Source: a virus
Lineage: Duplodnaviria > Caudoviricetes
Virus record (IMG/VR): IMGVR_UViG_3300048598_000591
Span: 1 to 40,101 of that record
Reading direction: 5' to 3' (one strand)
DNA: 40,101 nucleotides
The translations under genes and the position numbers were made by a program. Positions within the stretch are counted from its first letter, which is position 1; every line of letters starts with the position of its first letter. Below, piece after piece: positions 9,595 to 18,473 of this stretch. The notes beneath the pieces were generated by a model, which worked only from the letters and a program-made list of their open reading frames with translations, was not told the DNA's origin and did not search any database.

Positions 9595-10383
9595 CTATGT
9601 GGTCGCTATCTCTATCGTCTCCGACACGTCCGAGTCGGTGATGACGACAATCGTGGTCGATTGTATGTAAGGCGTGACCAGGTTCTCGACGACGAGCTCG
9701 TAGAACGTGGCCGAAAAGTCGACGCGCTCCCACCATCTTCCCTGGAAAAGCTCCGGCACCCGCCTTGGCGCCGGGATGTCGGGGATAAGGGCGAGGTTGC
9801 CGCCCTTCAATATGCTCCTGTTTGTCTCGAGGAAGAGCCCCGATCTGATCATACGGGCCCGTTCGAAGGAATTCGGGCCGTAGATGGACCAGAGGACCGA
9901 CCAGGCGCGAATATAGCTCCATTGATCATTGAGATCTCCGTTGCCGAGAAAAGAAAACTTTCTTTCCCGGGTGCGATTGTAGGGGTCATCGATCTCGCGG
10001 CAGTAGATTGCGACGCTCTCGTCGGTGAGGGCCGGCGCCGGCTGCCCCTTGGTCTGGTAAGCGATCCTGACCTTCTCGTGTTTCTTTTCGTCGTTCTCGA
10101 GACCGAGCATGGCAATCGTGTAACGCTGGAGGAGCTTGTTGATGTCGGCGACGACGAGGATCCTGTCGACGGGTTTGCCCGGGGCATCGGGAGGGCGCAC
10201 AAAGGTTTGATCGAGGCCGTCCTCGAAGGACGGACCGTCGGGCCGTGACTGAAAACCTCCCTCGGGCGAGGTCTGGTTTTCGGGCGCCTGCCCCTCGCCT
10301 TTCTCCCAAGCGGCTCCGGACTGGTTGCCAAAAGCGGCCCCGTCCTGCCTGTCCTGGAAGGTATCTGTGGGCTTTTCGCTCAT
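9595..10383 (-). CDS. Neck/tail terminator protein with low-complexity N-terminal extension
   Basis: VRIAYQTKGQP, W.IYGPNSF..A, PRRVPELFQGRWWERVD; immediately upstream of sheath; start uncertain. Confidence 0.7.
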   Translation of the reverse strand: MSEKPTDTFQDRQDGAAFGNQSGAAWEKGEGQAPENQTSPEGGFQSRPDGPSFEDGLDQTFVRPPDAPGKPVDRILVVADINKLLQRYTIAMLGLENDEKKHEKVRIAYQTKGQPAPALTDESVAIYCREIDDPYNRTRERKFSFLGNGDLNDQWSYIRAWSVLWSIYGPNSFERARMIRSGLFLETNRSILKGGNLALIPDIPAPRRVPELFQGRWWERVDFSATFYELVVENLVTPYIQSTTIVVITDSDVSETIEIATT

Positions 10384-11718
10384 TTAATGCACCCAGGGGG
10401 CATACGACGTCGCCGCACTCGTCGTGTTGAACGTGGCCGTAACCGATCCTGCGGCGCTCACCGTGTACGCGCACGTTCCGGTACCCGTGCAGGCGCTCAT
10501 GTCTCCCGATCCCGACGACCACCCGGCGAATGTCGAACCCGATCCGGCTGACGCGCTCAACGTGCTCGAGCCTGATGCGTAGGCATAAGAACAAGACGAT
10601 CCGCAATCGATATATCCGTCGGCCGAGGTGACAGTGCCCGTGCCTGTGCCGGCCTTGGTCACTGACTCGGTATAGGTTGTCGGCCCTCCGCTCGAACCGA
10701 AGGTTATCGGGTATCCGCTCGAATTCGAGACCCCTGTCGAGTCAATAACGTAGAGATAGGCAGACGCGCCGGCAGCAAACGATCCTCTGTTTACTGTCAC
10801 CGCGATCGAGGACGAAGACCATGAAGACGGTATCTGCATCTCACAATGCGATCGCGTCGACCATGTCGACCCGCTGCACACCATGACGCGGGAAAAGGAA
10901 CTATCCACGTAGATATCGTCCATCCAGTGCGCTACAGAATCAGGGGTTTCTCCTCCTGGTTCGTACCCGACCTTCCAGACCACGTTGAAGTTGAATGACC
11001 CTGCGTTGCTCCAGTCAGATTGTTTGCAGAGTGCGGCGTTCTGATATAGCGCGAAGGTCTTGTTCACATTGTCAAAAATGGCCTCCATGAAGGTCCAGTT
11101 GCCTGCTGTAGTGTAGTTTTCTACATAGAAACCAGAACCGAGAGGAGGTCCATACAGGCCGTCATTGTAGACATATGCTGCTACCATAGCCCAAGAGAAT
11201 GTCTCCCTACCTGCGTCTTCGGGGTATGTAGATGTACTGAACCGAAGAAACTTCGATGCACCGTTTGTTCCAGCGGTGACAGAAGCAGCAGGCTTGAACC
11301 ACCAGGACATATACATCTGCGCCTGTGACGTGCTTCCGGTGGTGAGTCCGCCCAAGTCTCCACCGTGTTCCTGCGCGGCTCCCGTGTAGCATGCTGTGCT
11401 CACGCCTCTCTGCTCTCCTGAGACGTTGCAATATTTCTCGGTGTCCCAGGTGTTCGTGTTCATGTTCCATGGGTAGCCTGTTCCGGTAGGAACGGTCGCG
11501 CCGTTCGACAGACCAGAATAAGCCGCGATGTTCTCAACCGCGTCCCAAAGGACAGGGGCAGGAGTTGTTTTGGTCCCAAAGCTACCACCTGAAACCGTAA
11601 TAGAACTTCCATGATTGGGAGTCCCTGTAAACCCCGATATCGACGGTGCGGAGTGACTCACCCCTGAGAAAACCAGCGTTGTCAGAATTGCCAGTGTCAC
11701 AACTCTCGATGTCTTCAC
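10384..11718 (-). CDS. Secreted beta-sandwich adhesin-like protein with C-terminal divergent InlB-B-type repeat (444 aa)
   Basis: Signal peptide MKTSRVVTLAILTTLVFSGVSHS-A; ConA/LamG-like core (YMSWW..KFLR..WMDDIYVD); C-terminal VTKAGTGTGTVTS..IDCGSSC..FAGW..CTGTGTC..VTATF. Confidence 0.75.
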   Translation of the reverse strand: MKTSRVVTLAILTTLVFSGVSHSAPSISGFTGTPNHGSSITVSGGSFGTKTTPAPVLWDAVENIAAYSGLSNGATVPTGTGYPWNMNTNTWDTEKYCNVSGEQRGVSTACYTGAAQEHGGDLGGLTTGSTSQAQMYMSWWFKPAASVTAGTNGASKFLRFSTSTYPEDAGRETFSWAMVAAYVYNDGLYGPPLGSGFYVENYTTAGNWTFMEAIFDNVNKTFALYQNAALCKQSDWSNAGSFNFNVVWKVGYEPGGETPDSVAHWMDDIYVDSSFSRVMVCSGSTWSTRSHCEMQIPSSWSSSSIAVTVNRGSFAAGASAYLYVIDSTGVSNSSGYPITFGSSGGPTTYTESVTKAGTGTGTVTSADGYIDCGSSCSYAYASGSSTLSASAGSGSTFAGWSSGSGDMSACTGTGTCAYTVSAAGSVTATFNTTSAATSYAPWVH

Positions 11719-11728
11719 GAGTCACCTT

Positions 11729-12805
11729 CTACGGATTTGTACTGTTGCGAACCGAATACAGGTCTTTCTGATACACGCTGGAAATCATGATCTGGTCCCA
11801 CCAACAAGCACTCGACCCTCCACCAGAAGATCCGAAATTCAGGGCCGTAAATGACGGCGCACTACCAGAGACAGTCGCATACTCAACCCACGAGCCGCCA
11901 TTTACTCGGTATGACTGACGTGTATTGGCTATGTCCCAGGCCACTTCTATGTAGTAGGTTGTGTCGGCGGCTATGGTGAAGGTTTGGCCGTCGCCAGTAG
12001 CGTACTTCCATTTCATCGATGTAGCCGAGTCGGGTAGCAGGTAGAAACCTGTCGCATCACCATCGACTATAGTGGCCCCGGCTGTTATCGTGGATGCCCG
12101 CCAGAAGAAACCCAAGGTTCCTACCGACAGGTTCATATTGCCTGATACGGGGAAATTCCACTCATAAGCAGACATCGAGGCCGTGGAACTGAGTGCGTTA
12201 CTTACGGCACCCGACACGACAGTGAAATCAGAAGTGTATGATATCGTCCCACTACCCTTTTGAGGCGACTGGTCATTGGTGTTGCTGTCACAGTTGAAGT
12301 AGAACGTAATCTGCGAATCAGCCCCCACAGTCTGCGTAGAATTGTTCGTCACATTTCTGTCAGTGATCGACGCAAGGTCATTTCCTGCCGCATCCTCGAT
12401 CCCGTTCGACGCCCCGTTGTAGTCGAGGTTGCAGGTGTCACCCGAACCGACCGTCGATCCGAGGGTGTAGACCAGAGTGCTCGATCCGCTTCCTGACGAA
12501 TACGTTGCGGTGATATTCGACCCTGCCGTGTTGCAGTCTACGTCAAAAACCCCTCCTGATCGCGTGACCGTCTCCGACATGCCCAGAGTGAGCGTGGTGC
12601 CGTTTGTTCCGATGGTGGCTGACGAGAGCGTCGGTGCGGTCGTGTCTGCGGCAGAGGCCGTCATGAGAACACCGTGGAACATCCCACGGGCTGACTGAGC
12701 GTGGGAATCTGAAGTCCCCACGAAACTACCAATGGTAATAAGGAAGAGTAGTGTTAATAGGATATTGAGAACTCTCGCCTTCACAGAAACATCACCTCCT
12801 TTCAT
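11729..12805 (-). CDS. Secreted protein with Ig-like repeat and LamG/ConA-like domain
   Basis: Signal peptide ending DSHA-Q (alternative GTG start at 12784 after AGGAGGT); DTTAPTLSSA..TYSSGSGSSTLVY..DAAGNDL; GTLGFFW..YYIEVAWD..DQIMIS. Confidence 0.72.
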   Translation of the reverse strand: MKGGDVSVKARVLNILLTLLFLITIGSFVGTSDSHAQSARGMFHGVLMTASAADTTAPTLSSATIGTNGTTLTLGMSETVTRSGGVFDVDCNTAGSNITATYSSGSGSSTLVYTLGSTVGSGDTCNLDYNGASNGIEDAAGNDLASITDRNVTNNSTQTVGADSQITFYFNCDSNTNDQSPQKGSGTISYTSDFTVVSGAVSNALSSTASMSAYEWNFPVSGNMNLSVGTLGFFWRASTITAGATIVDGDATGFYLLPDSATSMKWKYATGDGQTFTIAADTTYYIEVAWDIANTRQSYRVNGGSWVEYATVSGSAPSFTALNFGSSGGGSSACWWDQIMISSVYQKDLYSVRNSTNP

Positions 12806-12808
12806 GCG

Positions 12809-15133
12809 TCACCTCACATCGATAATGGCCGCGCATTCGAGCGATGTGCCATTGAAGCTCGCGCAGCTCACCACGTCGTACTTCGTCGCGGAGCTCGACC
12901 AGGTCGGCGCGGTCCCCCCGGCCCACTTGAAGTTTGTCCCCCACGTCGGCGCGGTCGTGCTCGACTGAGTAAGCCTGATCGAGAAATACTGACCTGCCGC
13001 CAGATTCGACGGGTTTGCGATCGCGCAGGCGCCGTTGAGTGTGAGGGTGAACATGCTGCCGGCGTTGAGATCCGGTGTGTAGGTCGTGCTGCAGGTACCT
13101 CCGGCCACCACCGTGTCCTTGGGCGCGGTAAGCGTCTTGCCGCTCAGGGTCTGCGTGTCCGTGGTACCGACCACTGCTCCGCTCGGCGCCGCGACCTGAT
13201 CATATGTTGCCGTTCCGGTCCTCCTGAGGAGGCCGTTGCTCGACCATATCGTGTCCAGCCAGGCGGAAGGATGAATGAACGTGTACTGTCCGACATGGCT
13301 TGAAAAGGCCGAGACATAGACGATGTCGTTAGCGGAAGGCTCCGTAGTCGGCTTATGCATCATCACCGTCGACGCCGGCTCGGCTGCCGGATAATCCTCG
13401 CAATAGGCTCTGTTGTTGGTTCCGTAACCCCTCCAGCAGAAACTGTCCTGGGTACCTCCCGACGTCGAGGCCTGAGGAGTGGCAAAGCTGCTCCCTGCGA
13501 CATTTCCCGAGTCATCGATTGTTGCAGATGAACTCTGCGCCGTTGCGCCCCCCGTTCCATTGGCCCGAAGAATGGCGTTATCTGTCGATCCGGTCGACCC
13601 CCCGATCGTCCCGGCGTTCGTGGCCGAAAGAATCCCGCCTGAAAAGCTCAAGCCCGTTCCGACCGTCACCGATCCATACGCCGATGCCCCCGATTTGTAG
13701 GGAATGGATCCCGTTGTCACCGATGTGTCTGTCGAAAGCGCACCGCCTCCGTCAGCGATCGTCGTGCAGCTCGTGTTGTTGCAGACTGCCACATGACCGA
13801 CGGTCGCGCCCGACCCCGGGCCCGTCACGGGATTGCTAAGAGTGCCCTGCTTGCCGTCGAGCTGGCCCTGTATGGAGCTCGTGACCCCCGAGACGTAACT
13901 AATCTCGGTGTTTGTTACTGAACTGTGGGTCGGAATCCCGTTGGCGTTAGAAATGAGAGCCCTGTTCGCGGTAATTGCCGAGGCCTCCACGATTCCGCCG
14001 GCCGAGCTTTGCATCACGCGGTTGTTGTTGAGGGCGGTCGACGAATTAGTGCCGCCCCGGGAAATGGAGACGGTCCCGGTAGTGAGGTCGGAGGCCGTAT
14101 GCTGGTGAGCGGAAGCGGCTTTCCCCGCGAGGGCTGTAGTCAAATCCGTCTGGCTGAGGAGGGACCCGGAGATATTCCCCCAGGTAACGGACGTCGTCGG
14201 AGTCTTCCATGTCCCGTCACCTGCCCAAAACGTACTCGAGCTCGCTCCCGATCCGCTCGCCATCTGCGATACGCCTATGTTGCCCGAGATGTCGGTGAAG
14301 GCCGGCTGCACGTACGCCGGCGATGCGGTAGACCCTGTATTATTGCCGAGAAAGGTATGAGCACCGGCGGTCGAAAGGGAGAAGCTCAAGGAAGGGGTCG
14401 TGGTTCCATTCGCAACGCTTGTCGTAAAGACCGGGGAGAGGTTCCCGGCTGCCACGTTGCTGACAGTTCCGCCGCCGCTCGAGGCGATCGCCGTGCGAAC
14501 CGCAGCCTCCGTGGGAATGTTGTCATTGCTCCCGGGGCTACCGACGCTTGTCACCACCTGCGACGCTTTCACCTGGGCGTCGTTTGTGACACTCCCCAAG
14601 CCTACGTCGCTCGCCGTGACCACGACGTTTCCCGACAGAGCGTGTCCGTTGACAGTCACTCCCGTCCCTACTTTTCCGGCGAGGGCGTTCGCGAGATCCG
14701 TCTGATTGAGGAGGGTCCCCGTGATGCCGCCCCAGGAAGCTGCGGATCCACCGCCTGCGTTAGGGACTTTGATCCACCTGAGATTGCCCCTGTTTGCAAG
14801 AGGAGCGACGACACTGTCACCGTCGGCTGCCGGAGGGTCGCTCACGTAGTTGTACAGGCCGTATACCGCCCATGCGGGAGTGCCGGAATTGTCCCAGCGA
14901 ACGAGGGCCGTGTCCCCCGGGATGGCATAGAACCAGGTACCCGTGACTCCCGGCGTAGTATAGGTAGGCCGAGGAGTAACGTTCATTGCCGGGATCCCGT
15001 CGAGGCAGTTTCCTCCTCCGGTGACGCAGCTCGCCGACCAGGTACGGACGTCGGCCGCAAGGGAGGGGGAGCATGAGGAAAGGAGGAAAATGAACAACAG
15101 GCCGATACTCGAGTACAGGAATTTTCTTTTCAC
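12809..15133 (-). CDS. Fibre-like Gly/Ser/Thr-rich protein with signal peptide/lipobox (774 aa)
   Basis: MKRKFLYSSIGLLFIFLLSSC; fibre repeats WG.I.G.L..QTDL..ALAGK (x2), SRGGT, TDTQTLSGKTLT; C-terminal FTLTL..NPSNL.AGQ..W...FKWAGGTAP domain. Confidence 0.75.
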   Translation of the reverse strand: MKRKFLYSSIGLLFIFLLSSCSPSLAADVRTWSASCVTGGGNCLDGIPAMNVTPRPTYTTPGVTGTWFYAIPGDTALVRWDNSGTPAWAVYGLYNYVSDPPAADGDSVVAPLANRGNLRWIKVPNAGGGSAASWGGITGTLLNQTDLANALAGKVGTGVTVNGHALSGNVVVTASDVGLGSVTNDAQVKASQVVTSVGSPGSNDNIPTEAAVRTAIASSGGGTVSNVAAGNLSPVFTTSVANGTTTPSLSFSLSTAGAHTFLGNNTGSTASPAYVQPAFTDISGNIGVSQMASGSGASSSTFWAGDGTWKTPTTSVTWGNISGSLLSQTDLTTALAGKAASAHQHTASDLTTGTVSISRGGTNSSTALNNNRVMQSSAGGIVEASAITANRALISNANGIPTHSSVTNTEISYVSGVTSSIQGQLDGKQGTLSNPVTGPGSGATVGHVAVCNNTSCTTIADGGGALSTDTSVTTGSIPYKSGASAYGSVTVGTGLSFSGGILSATNAGTIGGSTGSTDNAILRANGTGGATAQSSSATIDDSGNVAGSSFATPQASTSGGTQDSFCWRGYGTNNRAYCEDYPAAEPASTVMMHKPTTEPSANDIVYVSAFSSHVGQYTFIHPSAWLDTIWSSNGLLRRTGTATYDQVAAPSGAVVGTTDTQTLSGKTLTAPKDTVVAGGTCSTTYTPDLNAGSMFTLTLNGACAIANPSNLAAGQYFSIRLTQSSTTAPTWGTNFKWAGGTAPTWSSSATKYDVVSCASFNGTSLECAAIIDVR

Positions 15134-15134
15134 G

Positions 15135-15494
15135 TCAATTTCCCTCCATTCTTACGCCCGTGGCCTTGTAGAAGCCGAAGGAGACCCAAGGAGCGATCGA
15201 GACGACGCGGTACCTTTCGCCCTTCCATTCGATCTCGTCCGATATGTTGCTTCCGGCCTGCGAGGTGACATTGATCGGCGTCGTCGTGTAGAAATTCATG
15301 GCGCCCTTCACGCGATCGCCTTCGGGTATCATCTCGAGCTCTTTCTCGTTGACCACGGTAACGACGCCTTTCGCAGGAACAACCGTGGGCTCGTTCGCGA
15401 TCCATCCACCCTCGCCAAAGGCACCTGTGGTGCGATAGATGGTGAAGGCTTCGGCGAGATCGGGATCGACGACGATGTCGGAGACGTCTATCAT
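15135..15494 (-). CDS. Head closure / head-tail joining protein
   Basis: MIDVSDIVVDPD.., IPEGDR, SDEIEWKGERYRV; ATG 15494 overlaps the upstream stop. Confidence 0.75.
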   Translation of the reverse strand: MIDVSDIVVDPDLAEAFTIYRTTGAFGEGGWIANEPTVVPAKGVVTVVNEKELEMIPEGDRVKGAMNFYTTTPINVTSQAGSNISDEIEWKGERYRVVSIAPWVSFGFYKATGVRMEGN

Positions 15495-16072
15495 CCTTGC
15501 TCCTTGACCACGTATGTGATGCTCTTTCTCATCTCTCCCGAGTCGATCAGGGGATGCTCGGAGCCTTTTCTCTCGATCGTCGCCGGCGCGTTTTCGGGCC
15601 AATCGTTTCGCGGGTCGTCAAACCACGCCTGGGCCGCGTTCGCACCGGTCATGCCCGCCAGTTCCAAATGACGTTTGGCTTCTTCCGGCTTTTTGTCGAG
15701 CACGCCCTTTGCCGCCAGGCCGAGCTCGTGCGCGATCGGCTCCTTGTTGCCCTTTGCCTCGATCGCCGGTTCGATGATGGGCCGCGGAGGTATGTGATAC
15801 AGCGGCGAGCCGTGAGCTTTGACGTACATCTGATGGGCCGCTGAATAAGGCGATCCGGCGTCCATTTCGTCCTGCATCTCCTTGCGCATCGATACGGATC
15901 TCGCGCCGTGGGTGTGAATGAAGGCGAGCTGGGCGTTCGTGATCTCGTCATCCCTGGCGGAGCCTTCCTCCGGGATCCCGACGTAGACCTCGAGCCTGGA
16001 GATCTCCTCGAGGAGATCGTCGAGGACCTTCTGGCTACCCTTCGAGGTGACGCTTACTTTGTTCGTAACCAT
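15491..16072 (-). CDS. Neck / tail completion protein
   Basis: VYVGIP, NAQLAFIHTHG, IPPRP, W..NAPATI.RKGS..PLIDSG.MR.SITY. Confidence 0.8.
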   Translation of the reverse strand: MVTNKVSVTSKGSQKVLDDLLEEISRLEVYVGIPEEGSARDDEITNAQLAFIHTHGARSVSMRKEMQDEMDAGSPYSAAHQMYVKAHGSPLYHIPPRPIIEPAIEAKGNKEPIAHELGLAAKGVLDKKPEEAKRHLELAGMTGANAAQAWFDDPRNDWPENAPATIERKGSEHPLIDSGEMRKSITYVVKEQG

Positions 16073-16182
16073 CTGCGCCTCACGATCTTTAAGCACTTCC
16101 AGACAAAACAGGCGGCCGCAATGATGCCAATAAAACACAGAGTCAGCCATGCCCAGAATTCCGATTGATCCAGCCACGTCAT
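16054..16182 (-). CDS. Small single-TM membrane protein (42 aa)
   Basis: ATGA-coupled to DUF4054 stop; MTWLDQSEFWAWLTLCFIGIIAAACFVWKCLKIVRRRWLRTK. Confidence 0.55.
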   Translation of the reverse strand: MTWLDQSEFWAWLTLCFIGIIAAACFVWKCLKIVRRRWLRTK

Positions 16183-16568
16183 AGCTGCGCCCCGCCGATC
16201 CCCACGGTCATCGCGAGCTCGTGAAATCTCTTGCCGTAGTCGGTGAGGTTCAGGGATGCCGCCCGGGGATCGCTCCCGATCGACGTGTCGATCGACACGG
16301 AAACGTCGCCGACGCTCTTTCCCGATTTCACCGACGTTGCCTGACCCGGGACCGCGCCGCCTTCGGCCGCGTCTTGATTTGCTTTTGCAAGCACGAGGTA
16401 ATGGGCGGTGAGCAGCTCGAGGCCGATGTTGTAAAGGCCTACCGCGTTCCACCGCGTCTGGTTGAGACGCGCAATCCCGACGGACATCCAGAGTGTCAGC
16501 TGAGCATCGGGATATCTGGTTACGTCGCCAAACTCGGGAAAGTCCGTTCGGAATTGCGCGTTATCCAT
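16179..16568 (-). CDS. Head-tail adaptor, DUF4054-like
   Basis: FRTDFPEFGD..YPD, L.TAHYL, KSVGDVSVS, NLT.YG.RF. Confidence 0.88.
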   Translation of the reverse strand: MDNAQFRTDFPEFGDVTRYPDAQLTLWMSVGIARLNQTRWNAVGLYNIGLELLTAHYLVLAKANQDAAEGGAVPGQATSVKSGKSVGDVSVSIDTSIGSDPRAASLNLTDYGKRFHELAMTVGIGGAQL

Positions 16569-16594
16569 ATCGTTCACTCTTCTGTCTGTATTGC

Positions 16595-16945
16595 CTATTC
16601 TTTCCCGGATTCGTTGCCCGGGTCTGTCTTCTCGCCTTCGGCTTTCAGGGCTTTCAGAACCGCGATATAGTCGGCCTTCACCTTGATCGGCTTGAGGTCG
16701 AAGTCGGGTTTGGTCTTCAGGATCTCGTCCTTGAGCTGAGCGACTGTCATGTCGTCGATCGAGATCTCGACGGAGTTGGGCGCCTCGAGGAGGACGATCG
16801 CGCCCTCGTCGACGAGCTGTTTGATGTAGGGGTGATCGAGGTGCTCGTCGCCGAGATCCTGGACGCCGACGGGCATGTTGATCTTTTCTTCGTAGGACGT
16901 GCCCGGCGTGAACCTTATGGGCCGCGTGACCTTTATCTTCGCCAT
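16595..16945 (-). CDS. Small post-capsid protein with HeH/Rho-N-like C-terminal motif
   Basis: AGGAG SD; IDDMTVAQLK..KADYIA motif; follows capsid gene. Confidence 0.65.
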   Translation of the reverse strand: MAKIKVTRPIRFTPGTSYEEKINMPVGVQDLGDEHLDHPYIKQLVDEGAIVLLEAPNSVEISIDDMTVAQLKDEILKTKPDFDLKPIKVKADYIAVLKALKAEGEKTDPGNESGKE

Positions 16946-16956
16946 GGCATCTCCTT

Positions 16957-17925
16957 TTAGAAACCGTCCGCGTAGGCCGCGGTCTCGGGATAGACCCACT
17001 CGACGCAACCGAGGCGGCCGAAGTAGGTGGTGAGGTGATAGAGGCTCCGGTATTCCAGGGGCGTCCTCTGGAGGGGTACCTGGGGATAGCGGACGTAGCG
17101 CCTGATTTGGGTGTAGGCAAGCATACGGTCCGTCGCCGCTCCTCTCGCGGCTGCCGCACACCACTTGCAGTCGACGAATTCGAGGGGCTTGCCGTTCTTC
17201 TCCTTGGGCATGACCATCTTCTCCTTGATGTAGGAGAGAATGGTCTCGCTGCCCGCCTCGGATACTTTCGTCGTGCCGATGTAGTTGAGCTTGGCCGGAG
17301 GGAGGATGAGCTTGGAAGGGTAGGCCTTAAAACCCGACGCCTCGTAGGCGGTGTAACAGAGATCGCTGATGTCGCCGGTGATCTCGTCGGGAGTCTTCTT
17401 CGACCAGAGAAGCGAGCCCGAGACGCCGGCGGCGACGTTGCCGGAGGCGACACGGTCGGAGTTGAGCATGCCGTATTTACCAAGGTCGACATCGCCGATG
17501 TAGACCATCTCGTCGGTGTCCATCTGCCATTTGAGCTGCAAGGCTTCCAGCTTCTGGGCGTCGATGGGCCTGCCGAGCTGTTGCGCGGAGAGAAGCTCCG
17601 GGATGGTGTAGCCGATCTCCATGGCCCAGAGATAAAGGGGGTTGGCCAGCTTGCCGATATCGAGGGCGAGGCCCGCGATGGCGTTCGCGGTCTTGCCCGC
17701 CCAGGACTTGCCCGTGGGCTTCGTGCCGCCGACGGCCGCAAAGGTCGAGTTGGTGAAGCTCGATGCCTCGTCGGCCATGGACACGTCCTCGCGGAGCTCT
17801 ATGTCGCGGCCCCAGGTGAATTCGACCAGGGGACCGTGCATCTCCTGATCGAGCCTTTCCAGCTCGCCTATAAGAAAGGCGCCGGTGGAGTCTTTGAACT
17901 GCACGTATTGATCCAGGGTGAACAT
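16957..17925 (-). CDS. Major capsid protein (DUF2184-like)
   Basis: DSTGAFLIGELERLD..PL..TWGRDI.LREDV, QQLGRPID.QK, DRM.AY, TYFGRLG.VE.VYPET. Confidence 0.92.
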   Translation of the reverse strand: MFTLDQYVQFKDSTGAFLIGELERLDQEMHGPLVEFTWGRDIELREDVSMADEASSFTNSTFAAVGGTKPTGKSWAGKTANAIAGLALDIGKLANPLYLWAMEIGYTIPELLSAQQLGRPIDAQKLEALQLKWQMDTDEMVYIGDVDLGKYGMLNSDRVASGNVAAGVSGSLLWSKKTPDEITGDISDLCYTAYEASGFKAYPSKLILPPAKLNYIGTTKVSEAGSETILSYIKEKMVMPKEKNGKPLEFVDCKWCAAAARGAATDRMLAYTQIRRYVRYPQVPLQRTPLEYRSLYHLTTYFGRLGCVEWVYPETAAYADGF

Positions 17926-17941
17926 GCTGTTTCCTCCTTTT

Positions 17942-18460
17942 TTACAGGTTATAGGCCACTTCGCAGAGGCCGTTGGCGTCCATGGCGCCCGTGAAATAGG
18001 CCCCAGGGATTGCCTCGCACTTTCCCGCGTCCGCGTCCGATTCGACGCCGCCTATGGGATACTCGGCGGCGCCATGGTCGGTCTTGCGGCAATAGACGAC
18101 GCCGTCCTTCGCGGGTACCGCGGCGGGCAGGCTCGCATTGACCTTCACCATGATGTAACCGCGCTTCATCTCGCTCGAAGGTTGGGCGGGATTGGGAGTG
18201 GCGTCCCCGAGGGCCTCGTTCGTCGTCCCCTGGGTAGGAAACGGGCGGACGAGGAAGCCGGCTGCCACGCTCGCGAGGGTGTCTCCGGCGGCGATGGGCC
18301 GGGTCTTTCCCGAGACGTGTTTGATGGGAATGCCGTAAGATGCGGGCGGATAATCGGTATCGATGATGCCCGTCTCGACGAGCGCCTGGCCTTGCGCCCT
18401 GCTGATCGTGCCGGGAATTCCGGCGGCCATTCTGTAGAGGATCGCGTTGGACATGGTCAT
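17942..18460 (-). CDS. Capsid cement / minor capsid protein
   Basis: RM.AGIPGTISR, GFLVRPFP, KRGYI.V, DANG..EVAYNL; precedes capsid gene. Confidence 0.8.
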   Translation of the reverse strand: MTMSNAILYRMAAGIPGTISRAQGQALVETGIIDTDYPPASYGIPIKHVSGKTRPIAAGDTLASVAAGFLVRPFPTQGTTNEALGDATPNPAQPSSEMKRGYIMVKVNASLPAAVPAKDGVVYCRKTDHGAAEYPIGGVESDADAGKCEAIPGAYFTGAMDANGLCEVAYNL

Positions 18461-18473
18461 TGTAGTGCCTCCT

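Noticed and set aside
420-15133. Diversity-generating retroelement or invertible fibre segment
   Set aside because: No reverse transcriptase, invertase or template/variable repeat pair seen; the fibre repeats differ at non-adenine positions
16569-17741. 520-aa ORF 16179-17741 as one protein
   Set aside because: The upstream part is an off-frame overlap of the capsid gene; only the last 129 aa (DUF4054-like) look real
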